A stretch of DNA of 64,000 nucleotides. Source: Bradymonadia bacterium (GTDB lineage: Bacteria; Myxococcota_A; Bradymonadia; UBA7976; UBA1532). Every line of letters starts with the position of its first letter. Position 1 is the first letter of the stretch. Location: positions 106,313 through 170,312 of the forward strand of contig JBKAGE010000077.1 of the NCBI GenBank assembly GCA_046290225.1, read 5' to 3'. A model generated the notes under the pieces. That model saw nothing but the letters and a program-made list of their open reading frames with translations, was not told the origin of the DNA and ran no database searches. Both the position numbers and the translations under genes were made by a program. This document shows, one piece after another, positions 1 to 8,339 of the stretch.

Positions 1-2
1 TC

Positions 3-641
3 GTCTATCTCGCCGCTGTAGAGGCGGGCGAGGTGGTGGCGGTCTTCGCCGGGGCGCTGCGAGAGGTGCCCCAGGGCGGGCGCATGGTGAAGGCCTGGTA
101 TCTGTGTGATCTGAAGGTCCGTCCGAGCCACCGCGGGCGCCGCCTGCCGCTGAAGATGCTCGCCTCGGCGCTCCCGCGACACATCGGCCGCTCGGCTCGG
201 GGATACGGGATCACGATGAACCCACCCTCGGGGGAAAACCGGGTGGTGCGGCTGTTTCGCAGATTTCCGTTACTGCCAGTGAAGGTGGGGCCTCAGCTGC
301 TGTTCTGGTCGCTCTCGTCGGCGCAAATGGCCGACGTGGCTGCGCTGGTGGTGCGGCATCGAGGGCCGATGGGGTTTCTGTCTCATTCGGGACGGAAGGA
401 TCTGATGCTGGAGAGCACAGGGGCGCCGATGCCTCTGTTGCACGTGCAGTTCGGGCCGCTGGCGGAGGGTGTGATCGAGAAACCCCTCGAGGGGCATGTG
501 CACATGCTGTGTGCGCCGGAGGACGATGGGCTGGCGGATGATTTGATGGGGATGGGGCTGGCGCCCTCGGCGACGGCGACGGTGCTGCATCACCGGATGG
601 GCGGCACTGATTGGCGCTGGGTGCTGACGAGCGACATTTGA
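3..641 (+). CDS. GNAT-like N-acetyltransferase, 5' end lies outside the window
   Basis: Frame is open from the window edge; YLCDLKVRPSHRGRRL resembles acetyl-CoA-binding motif A. Confidence 0.6.
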   Translation, partial: VYLAAVEAGEVVAVFAGALREVPQGGRMVKAWYLCDLKVRPSHRGRRLPLKMLASALPRHIGRSARGYGITMNPPSGENRVVRLFRRFPLLPVKVGPQLLFWSLSSAQMADVAALVVRHRGPMGFLSHSGRKDLMLESTGAPMPLLHVQFGPLAEGVIEKPLEGHVHMLCAPEDDGLADDLMGMGLAPSATATVLHHRMGGTDWRWVLTSDI

Positions 642-689
642 ATCACCGCGGCTATCTTGCACTTGGTGCAGAAGTGTATAGAGCAACGA

Positions 690-884
690 TGAAGGTTATG
701 GCTGAGCCTTTGTAGGCAGTCATCGCTTCGCTCTGCCTGCGTAGGCGCCGGCCTTCGGCACATCTTCGATGCGCCTCGTCGGTCGCGTACACGTCGGCGT
801 ACTCGCTGGCGCGAGCAGGCCTCCGGGTAGGCAGGGTCGCTCAAGGCTTCGCCTTATTCGCTCGCTCCCCTGCGTAAAGAGTCA
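690..884 (-). repeat. Left arm of inverted-repeat element, copy 1 (~190 bp structured repeat)
   Basis: Reverse complement matches 1362-1547 over long identical blocks; direct similarity to 47688-47880. Confidence 0.95.
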
Positions 885-906
885 CTTTTTACCGGTACAT
901 CAGTGC

Positions 907-1280
907 CTACTCACTGTAGGAAACACTCTCGTTCAGGTGACGCATCAGGCCCAATATCAACCTCTTACATAAGGCAGTGTCTTTACCGAGCTGGTTGGCT
1001 TTGTGGTGGTCTACAAGATTTAAATCTGATGCCAATATCATTTGGCATTCCAACTCACACAATGACCCAAACGCGATCCCTACAAATCGACGGAAGTCTC
1101 GTGAGGTGAGTCGTCCACAGCCTTCTGCGAGATTAGAAGCGACTGACACCGCCGCCCGCCTCATCTGAGTCCTCAAACCATAGTCTTCTCGCTCTGGGGG
1201 AAATTGCTGGTGATGCTGTAGGTGTGAAGCGTGAGCGCGTGGGCTGCCTTCCAAGCGTCGAGTTCCTGATAGTTGTGCAC
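907..1280 (-). pseudogene. Four-helix-bundle protein (23S rRNA IVP / Avd-like family), frameshifted
   Basis: GGAG RBS then GTG at 1280 gives MHNYQELDAWKAAHALTLHTYSITSNFPQSEK, which runs into a stop. The family core YGLRTQMRRAAVSVASNLAEGCGR...GSLCELECQ continues in another frame; the shift lies near 1180-1200. Confidence 0.8.
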
Positions 1281-1361
1281 AACGCACTCCATCTTGATGG
1301 TTTCAAAGGAGCACTACGCCACGGCCCAGAAAATCGTTCCGTACAATTCTGAAAGTCTCTT

Positions 1362-1547
1362 TTTACGCAGGGGAGCGAGCGAATAATGCGTCAGCATTGA
1401 GCGACCCTGCCTACCCGGAGGGGTTCCGCGCAAGCGGATGCCCGAACGTGTACGCGACCGACGAGGCGGTCCGAAGGACTGCCGAAGGCCGGCGCCTTCG
1501 CAGGCAGAGCGAAGCGATGACTGCCTACAAAGGCTCAGCCATAACCT
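1362..1547 (+). repeat. Right arm of inverted-repeat element, copy 1
   Basis: TTTACGCAGGGGAGCGAGCGAATAA...GGCTCAGCCATAACCT; inverse of the 690-884 arm and very similar to 48013-48191. Confidence 0.95.
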
Positions 1548-1560
1548 CTGCCCTCCTCAG

Positions 1561-2541
1561 CTAAAACGCAGTCAACACCTCATTCATCTGCTCGCGGCTC
1601 AGCCCCGTCCGCAACCGCCGGCGCGCCTCAGGTAAACCGCGCCACCACCCCAACACATCTGCCACCGTCTCCTCCAACGGGCGAGTCACCAACCCAGCAG
1701 CCTGCGCCACAGCCGTAGAGAACGTCCCCGCCCCAGCGTAGTCCCCCTCCGGCGGAAGCCACGCTGGCAAATCCGCCCACGGCTGCAGCCCGAACTCGCC
1801 CAATCGGCCGGCCGGCAACCAAGTCAGATCCAGCGGACGGCCCAGAACCGTCGAAATCGCCGACATCAACCCGCCCATCGTCAGCGTGCGGGGCGGCGTC
1901 ACCACGTTGAACATCCCCGAGGTCCCCGACTCCACCAGCAAACGCACGAAAGCCGCAAAGTCCCGCGCGTCCACCCACTGCACCGGATCATCCGGCGAGC
2001 CTGGTGCGAGCAATGGCCCACCCTCACTCGCCCGCACAGGCCAGTACGTGAATCGATCCGTGTGATCCCCCGGGCCCACCACCAACCCAGGGCGCACGAT
2101 GGCGTGACGATGAGACGTAGCGCTCAATGCCTGCTCACACAGCACCTTCAGGCCACCGTAATCGCCCCCCGTCGGATCCTCAGTGGCCGGATCGGACACC
2201 GTCGCCAGGGGCGCTGACTCATCTTGATCAGGCGCCGCCATGCTGGCGTAGGCCGAGATGCTCGACACGAGGCAGTAGAACCCCGGATCCGCGAGAACTT
2301 CGAGCACCTGGTTCACCGCCCGGGGGAAGTACGCGCTCATGTCGATGGTGGCATCGAAGCTCAGCCCCTGCAGAGCCGAAACTTCGCCGCTCACACGATC
2401 ACCGCGCAGGTGTGACACCCCCTGCAGCGCGTCCGGGGTTTGCCCACGGTTGAACACCGTCACGTGATGCCCCGAGACCTGAAGCGCCTCCACCACATGT
2501 GGGCCGATGAAGCGGGTGCCACCCAACACCAGGATCTGCAT
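1561..2541 (-). CDS. NAD-dependent epimerase/dehydratase (atypical SDR)
   Basis: N-terminal VLGGTRFIG Rossmann motif, YGGLK, RPGLVVGP, VDARD. Confidence 0.85.
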   Translation of the reverse strand: MQILVLGGTRFIGPHVVEALQVSGHHVTVFNRGQTPDALQGVSHLRGDRVSGEVSALQGLSFDATIDMSAYFPRAVNQVLEVLADPGFYCLVSSISAYASMAAPDQDESAPLATVSDPATEDPTGGDYGGLKVLCEQALSATSHRHAIVRPGLVVGPGDHTDRFTYWPVRASEGGPLLAPGSPDDPVQWVDARDFAAFVRLLVESGTSGMFNVVTPPRTLTMGGLMSAISTVLGRPLDLTWLPAGRLGEFGLQPWADLPAWLPPEGDYAGAGTFSTAVAQAAGLVTRPLEETVADVLGWWRGLPEARRRLRTGLSREQMNEVLTAF

Positions 2542-2544
2542 GCC

Positions 2545-4527
2545 TTACTCCAGCGTCGTCACCAGGGTCGTCTTCACCACCAGCTTCACAGGATCACCGT
2601 TGGCCTTGCTCGCAGCCGTGGAGATTTGCTTCAGCGTCGATGCCTGCAGCGGAGAGGGCGCCTCGATGTGCACCACCAGCCCGCCAGAGGTCAGCTCTGC
2701 CGATGTCAGCGTCGCCCCGGCCTCGCCAAAGCCCGTCTGAAGCGCCGCCATCACCGACTGCTCGGGATCATCAGCAGACTCTTTCCGGTTCTCGAAGAAC
2801 ATCACCGTGAGCACCACCGCCAGCACCGCCATGGCCACCATCAGCCCCGCGACGACTCGGCCTGTCCACGACTTACCGTTCACGTCTCGGGGGCGAATCC
2901 CACCAGCCCACAGGGCCACCGCAGAGCCCAGGATGATGGCCACCACGTTGGTGCCGAAGAGCAGGGCCGACTTCCAGGCCACCTCGGGGTGACCCCAGGC
3001 CAGGGTGATGCCCGTGGTGGCGATGGGCGGCACCAGGGCCGCGGCGATGCTCACCCCCGGCAGGGCCGCCAGAAGGCCTGGGCGCGACAACGCGAAGGCC
3101 GCGGCGATGCCCGAGAGGAACGCCACCCCCAAATCGAGGATGTTCGGCGCGCCGCGGGCCAGCAGCTCGCCCGTGAGGCTGCGGGTCGGGGCCAGCAGGC
3201 CGATGATCACGCCGAGAATCAGCGCTGTGGCAAAACCCAATGCCACCGCGCGGATCGCCGTGCGCACCAGGCGCACGTTCCCTTGCACCAGGGCCAGACC
3301 AGAGCCCAGCAGCGGCGTCATCAGCGGGGCCACCAGCATGGCCCCGATGACTACGGCCCCTGATCCCTGAATCAACCCCAGCGCGGCGATGGCCGTGGCC
3401 AGGGAGATGAGCACCATGAAGTCGTAGCCCCAGGCGGAGCCCGTCTCCAGCCGGGACGACAGCTCGATGCGGCCCTCTCGGGTCATCTGCGGCAGCGTCA
3501 GCGCCAGCCATCGATCCGCCTGGCTCCGCAGGCGCGCACCCAGGGGACGGCGCTTGCGGATCACGCCCACCGACATGCCCTCAGCGCTGCGGATGCGGTT
3601 GTCGGGGACCGCGCCGAAGAGCACCCTCCGGGCCACCGTCCAGCGCTCTGCCCCCGTGAGCATCAGGGTGTGGGTGGCCCCCTCGTCACCGAGCCACGTG
3701 TGGTCGTCGAGGTGGCGCTTCAGGCCCGCCCAGGGGTCCTCCCCCGCCTCGGTGTGCACCTCCACCTGCTCGTCGAGCTTCAGCTTGCACTGCGACATCT
3801 TCCGCTCGACGATGCGCCGGCCCACGGCGTCGAAGTCCTCGACACCCTCGGAGATCGTGTTCAGCACGTGCAGACGCCCATCATCAGCGACGAGATCTCG
3901 ACTGATCTTCAGCGCCGCGAGCTCTGATCCACTCGCCTCCTCTTTGATGAGGGGCACCAGAATCTGCGGCGACGGCGCCTCGGTGAGAGGCGTGGTCCGC
4001 AACAACACCACGGTGCACGGCGCCCGCTGGAACATCACCATGGGCAGACCCTCGAGGCCGCCGGCGTTGCCCTTGGGGGCCTTGGTGCAAGGCACGAGCA
4101 GGGTGTGGGTGTCTTCGAGGCACTGCATCACCCCCTCGATGGGATCAGGGTGCTGCACCCACCACAGCTCGAGCTGCGGGATCCGGGTCGAGGTCTCCTG
4201 AGAGGTCAGAACCTCACCGTCTCCACCGGCACCTGCCTCTGTGCCCTCTTCTGTGCCTTCTTCAGTGGCACCCGCCTGAGCTGACTCGGCGTGCTCCGAC
4301 GGCGGGCGCCAGCACGACCACGCCGCGTCTCTCACAGCGGTGATGAGGGCCGGAGGGTCTTCTTCGCCCTCTTTGAGCAGGTTGATGGGCTCGCGGCTGC
4401 TCTGCCTGGCCTGCGAGACCACGAGCACCTCGAGGGGGGTGCCCTGAGCCTCGGCGAAGCGCCGGCCCCAGTGAATCAGGGCTAGCGCCCCTTCGGCTTT
4501 GGTGATGACGAGGCGGGTATGCATCAT
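2545..4527 (-). CDS. DUF389 (TIGR00271/TIGR00341-like) membrane protein with N-terminal USP-like region
   Basis: ATAIAALGL..SGAVVIGAMLVAPLMTP and LPGVSIAAALVPP motifs; start moved to 4527 because the longer ORF overlaps tmcA. Confidence 0.8.
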   Translation of the reverse strand: MMHTRLVITKAEGALALIHWGRRFAEAQGTPLEVLVVSQARQSSREPINLLKEGEEDPPALITAVRDAAWSCWRPPSEHAESAQAGATEEGTEEGTEAGAGGDGEVLTSQETSTRIPQLELWWVQHPDPIEGVMQCLEDTHTLLVPCTKAPKGNAGGLEGLPMVMFQRAPCTVVLLRTTPLTEAPSPQILVPLIKEEASGSELAALKISRDLVADDGRLHVLNTISEGVEDFDAVGRRIVERKMSQCKLKLDEQVEVHTEAGEDPWAGLKRHLDDHTWLGDEGATHTLMLTGAERWTVARRVLFGAVPDNRIRSAEGMSVGVIRKRRPLGARLRSQADRWLALTLPQMTREGRIELSSRLETGSAWGYDFMVLISLATAIAALGLIQGSGAVVIGAMLVAPLMTPLLGSGLALVQGNVRLVRTAIRAVALGFATALILGVIIGLLAPTRSLTGELLARGAPNILDLGVAFLSGIAAAFALSRPGLLAALPGVSIAAALVPPIATTGITLAWGHPEVAWKSALLFGTNVVAIILGSAVALWAGGIRPRDVNGKSWTGRVVAGLMVAMAVLAVVLTVMFFENRKESADDPEQSVMAALQTGFGEAGATLTSAELTSGGLVVHIEAPSPLQASTLKQISTAASKANGDPVKLVVKTTLVTTLE

Positions 4528-4557
4528 GGCCGTGGAATCTAGCTGATCGGCGCGCCC

Positions 4558-7086
4558 ATGTCTGTGCACCTGCTGCAATCGCTGCTCGCTGAGGCGAGCG
4601 CTCACCACCACCGCCGCCTGCTCGTGCTCGCAGGGCCCCGCCCGTGGGCCTTGAGCACCCTGATGGGCTGGCTCGACGCAACAGGGGTGTCCGATCCGCT
4701 GTGGGTGGTCCCGCCCGCTCAGAAGATCGATGGCATGCAGCGGTGTACTGATCCACGTCAAGCGCGCCAGCTGCTCGGTCAAGAGGCGCGCTGTGTGGTG
4801 GTCGACCTGCACGACGAGGCGGATCCTGATGTGCTCGGGGTGACCTTCGGGCTGCCCCGTGGGGCCGGACTGCTCATCTGGCTCACCCCTGATCTGGATG
4901 GCTGGGCTGCACAAGATGACCGACAGCGCGAGCGCCTCTCCGTCACGGGCTGGCCTGCAGAAGCAGTGGGCCGCCGTTGGATCGCCCGACTGACACGACA
5001 CATCGCCGACACAGTGACGGTGGTGGGCCCTGACGGCGTGATCAGCGAGGGTGTCACCCAAGGCGCACCAGCAGCGCGGCCACTTACCCCGAGCGACGAT
5101 CTCTGCCTCACTGATGACCAGCGCAAGGCCGTGGCGGCGGTGAAACGCGCGTACACAGGCCGGGCGAGACGCCCTGTCGTGCTCACCGCCGATCGAGGGC
5201 GAGGCAAATCAGCGGCTCTGGGCATCGCCGCCGGTGAGTTGCTCGCGGAGAAGCCCCTTCAGATTTGTCTGACGGCCCCCTCACGACAGGCCGCCGGTGC
5301 AGTGCTGCGCCACGCCCGCCATGTCTTGGGGATGAAGGAGACGACAGCAGACATCACCACGCCTTCCGGCGGCCGGCTGTGGCTGATGTCGCCGGGCGAT
5401 CTGCTCGACCTTGCCCCTGAGGCCGATCTGCTCCTGGTGGACGAAGCAGCCACCCTGCCTCTGCCGATCTTGTCCACGCTGCTCACTCGCTACCCCCGGA
5501 CGGCGTTCTCCACCACCATCCACGGCTATGAGGGCACTGGGAGGGGCTTCACGGTGAAGTTCCCCGCCCTGCTCGACTCGAAAGCCCGCGGCTGGCGAGC
5601 GGTGCGCATGCAGGCCCCAGTCCGCTGGGCCCCTGACGACCCGGTGGAGGCGCTGGCCTTTCGCACATTGCTCCTCGACGCCGAGCCACCTCCGGTGCCT
5701 GACGAGGTGCCGGCGAACCTCGCCGACGAGACCATCTTCGAGGTGGTGGATCGAGACCACCTGGCCACCGACGAAGACGATCTGCGAGATCTCTTCGGGC
5801 TGCTCATCACCGCCCACTATCGCACTGGGCCTGCAGATCTGCTGCGCATGCTCGACGCCCCGAACATGGCGGTCATGGGTCTGCGCCATGCCAGCCGCTG
5901 GGTCTCGGCGGCGCTGATCTCACTGGAGGGCGGCCTTTCCGAGGAGATGTGCGCCGAGACCCTCGCCGGCCGCCGCCGGCCCGCAGGTCACATGCTCCCG
6001 GAGACGCTCATTTATCACTCGGGCCTCGAGGCTGCGGGCCCACTGAAAGCCGCCCGAGTGGTACGCATCGCCACCCACCCCGGGCTGCAGGGGCACGACC
6101 TCGGCACCCGACTGCTCACGGAGCTGAAAGTGTGGGGCGTACATCAGGGCGTGGATTACCTGGGCTCGGTCTTTGGGGTGACGCCGAGACTGCTGGGTTT
6201 CTGGACACGATCCGGGTTTCACCCTGTGCGGTTGGGGGTGAAGCGAGGCAAGAGCAGCGGGGCGTGGTCGTTGGTGGTGGTGCACTGGATCTCCGGGCCA
6301 GGACAAAAGGCGCTCCAGGGTGAGCCTCGGCACTTCCGACATCGACTACCCCACCAACTCGCTGGACCACTTCGAGCCCTGGAGCCAGAGCTGGCCTGGC
6401 GACTGCTCTCAGCTCTCTGTGCAGGCAGTCTGACGATGGATACTCCCACTGAGCGCGATCTCGCGGAGGTCCGCCGTTGTGCTGAGAGCACTCAAGATCC
6501 AGACCTTTACCGACATGCGTGTTGGCTGACTGTGTGTTGGGGCATCTCTCATGCTGATGTGAGCCTTACACTGACGCCAGACGAGTGGTGCTGCTTGCTC
6601 CAGTACTTCGTCTACAACCACGACACGGCCTATGTAGCTGGATCCTTCAAGCTCTCAGGGCGGGGTGAGTTGATGACCTGGATACGCGATATTCTCGGCC
6701 GACTGATTCAGACAATCGACATGCTTGATCAACAAGAGACGCTCAGAAGTCTCGCAGAGCAAAGGCTCACCTCTGATCTAGAGCTTGTGCACTTATCACT
6801 CGACGAACACAGTTGGCCAGAGCGTGTTACAGAAGTAGACCGCACACCTGAACGACTCTGGCAGTACATCGCAGCTCTGAAAACACCCCATTACAGCTGG
6901 GCTGACCGCAGGGCTCTGATGGAGCTTGTCTTGGATGTGGGTCACCCGCTCGTTCACACCCAAGTCATCGAACGTGAAGTGGTGGTGTCAAGGATCAAGC
7001 AAACCATCAAGGGTGCTCACCCAATGATGTATCTGCCCGTACTGAGTTCTTACAACTACATCCCTTGGGTCTGGGATCTGAACTGA
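4558..7086 (+). CDS. tmcA: tRNA(Met) cytidine acetyltransferase TmcA with C-terminal extension
   Basis: HHRRLLVLAG, TADRGRGKSAALG Walker A, LLVDEAA, TTIHGYEGTGRGF, AHYR, RIATHPGLQGHDLG GNAT motif. Confidence 0.92.
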   Translation: MSVHLLQSLLAEASAHHHRRLLVLAGPRPWALSTLMGWLDATGVSDPLWVVPPAQKIDGMQRCTDPRQARQLLGQEARCVVVDLHDEADPDVLGVTFGLPRGAGLLIWLTPDLDGWAAQDDRQRERLSVTGWPAEAVGRRWIARLTRHIADTVTVVGPDGVISEGVTQGAPAARPLTPSDDLCLTDDQRKAVAAVKRAYTGRARRPVVLTADRGRGKSAALGIAAGELLAEKPLQICLTAPSRQAAGAVLRHARHVLGMKETTADITTPSGGRLWLMSPGDLLDLAPEADLLLVDEAATLPLPILSTLLTRYPRTAFSTTIHGYEGTGRGFTVKFPALLDSKARGWRAVRMQAPVRWAPDDPVEALAFRTLLLDAEPPPVPDEVPANLADETIFEVVDRDHLATDEDDLRDLFGLLITAHYRTGPADLLRMLDAPNMAVMGLRHASRWVSAALISLEGGLSEEMCAETLAGRRRPAGHMLPETLIYHSGLEAAGPLKAARVVRIATHPGLQGHDLGTRLLTELKVWGVHQGVDYLGSVFGVTPRLLGFWTRSGFHPVRLGVKRGKSSGAWSLVVVHWISGPGQKALQGEPRHFRHRLPHQLAGPLRALEPELAWRLLSALCAGSLTMDTPTERDLAEVRRCAESTQDPDLYRHACWLTVCWGISHADVSLTLTPDEWCCLLQYFVYNHDTAYVAGSFKLSGRGELMTWIRDILGRLIQTIDMLDQQETLRSLAEQRLTSDLELVHLSLDEHSWPERVTEVDRTPERLWQYIAALKTPHYSWADRRALMELVLDVGHPLVHTQVIEREVVVSRIKQTIKGAHPMMYLPVLSSYNYIPWVWDLN

Positions 7087-7108
7087 CTCCACCAGGCTGC
7101 CAATCTAT

Positions 7109-7387
7109 TTACCTGAGTTTCAGTTTCTGAATGATGCGTCTGGCCTGACCAGGGGTCGGCAGCATGATGCCTCTCACCTCGGCTCTCAACTCGATGTATA
7201 TCGACTCTCTGATCTCAGCCTCTTCATCTGTAAAAACCGCCTCATTGCAGTGCTTACACCACAGGCCGGGCTGCGAGAACTCACGGGTACGGGAGGCGTT
7301 CCCCTCAGTGTACGTCATAGAATCTACACGCACCTCCCGAACCATCCCGAGGGCACCGCATGCTGGACATTGATTCTGCTTGCTCAT
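7109..7387 (-). CDS. MqsA-like (YgiT-type zinc finger) antitoxin, HTH apparently truncated
   Basis: CPACG...WCKHCNEA zinc ribbon followed by PGQARRIIQKLKL, then a stop before the HTH. Confidence 0.6.
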   Translation of the reverse strand: MSKQNQCPACGALGMVREVRVDSMTYTEGNASRTREFSQPGLWCKHCNEAVFTDEEAEIRESIYIELRAEVRGIMLPTPGQARRIIQKLKLR

Positions 7388-7518
7388 CTCGACTCTCCGA
7401 TTCACAGGCACTCATCTGTATCACAGAGTGTACTGGAAGAGTCTCAAGCAGTGAGGAGAGGTGGCTCGGACGAGCCAGAGGTGGGCGTGCGAGAGAGGTG
7501 GGGCAGATCGAGTCGGGC

Positions 7519-8109
7519 TTACTTCCGCACGACCTTGCAGTTGCGAGACTCCTTCTCCACGTAGACATTCGCCCGGAGGGCGTAGCCGTTCATCGAGCTG
7601 GAGTTTTTCAGCATGCCGCCCACCTCGTCCATCACCTCAGGCAGGTTCTTGCAGTCGATCTCTTCGAGACGCTTGCTGGCCTTGCTCTTCATGGCTGCCA
7701 TGGCGCTCGCCTTGAGGTTGACGCGGCTCTTGCGTGCGCCGCGGCTCTCGAGCACCAGCTCCGACTTCACGTGGCTGGCCCCCTCCTTCACGACGTAGAG
7801 GCTGCTCTCGTCCACGTTGCACTTCTCGCCTTCGAGGGTGATCTTCACCATCTGGCCATGATCGAAGCGCTTGTCTTTGGAGATCTTCTTGATCGATTGG
7901 ACCACGTCGTCGCGGTTTGTGCAGAACACCCCACCGTCGACGAGGGCCTCGTTGATGCGAGCGTCAGCGTTCTGGGCACCGACCACCCGCGACTGGGGCA
8001 CGGGCACCTCGACGCTGCGGCTCTGGGCACCTGCAACAGATGCCATGGCAGTCATCGCAAAAAAGCAGGCAACGCCCGAAGCGAACAGGGTCTTTTTATT
8101 CTGGCTCAT
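7519..8109 (-). CDS. Hypothetical secreted protein
   Basis: GAGG RBS, signal-peptide-like N-terminus, GC3-biased codons. Confidence 0.65.
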   Translation of the reverse strand: MSQNKKTLFASGVACFFAMTAMASVAGAQSRSVEVPVPQSRVVGAQNADARINEALVDGGVFCTNRDDVVQSIKKISKDKRFDHGQMVKITLEGEKCNVDESSLYVVKEGASHVKSELVLESRGARKSRVNLKASAMAAMKSKASKRLEEIDCKNLPEVMDEVGGMLKNSSSMNGYALRANVYVEKESRNCKVVRK

Positions 8110-8339
8110 GAGACCTCTTTTGCGGTGATTCCGCTGTTTCTGACACATGTAGGTGTGTCAAATGCTGGTTGCCGAGTGACACGAGAGTATTCTGATGTTT
8201 GTGTTCGAGGGTTGTGGGTGTGTTCCTCGTTCGATGCATGGCACTCGACGCACAAAACAGTAGGCAGAACACCAGTCTTTGACAATGACTTTTTCCACAC
8301 AAACCTACATTAAACCGAATTATCTTACACTTACCTTCC

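Noticed and set aside
907..1287. Diversity-generating retroelement (Avd-like gene)
   Set aside because: No reverse transcriptase in the window and no template/variable repeat pair with adenine-specific differences was seen
690..1547. CRISPR array, or a 23S rRNA intervening sequence
   Set aside because: The repeats are long inverted arms rather than short direct repeats with spacers; there is no rRNA sequence or cas gene nearby
4528..5061. N-terminal 178 aa of the DUF389 ORF as given in the track
   Set aside because: Overlaps tmcA on the opposite strand; the real start is more likely 4527 or 4524
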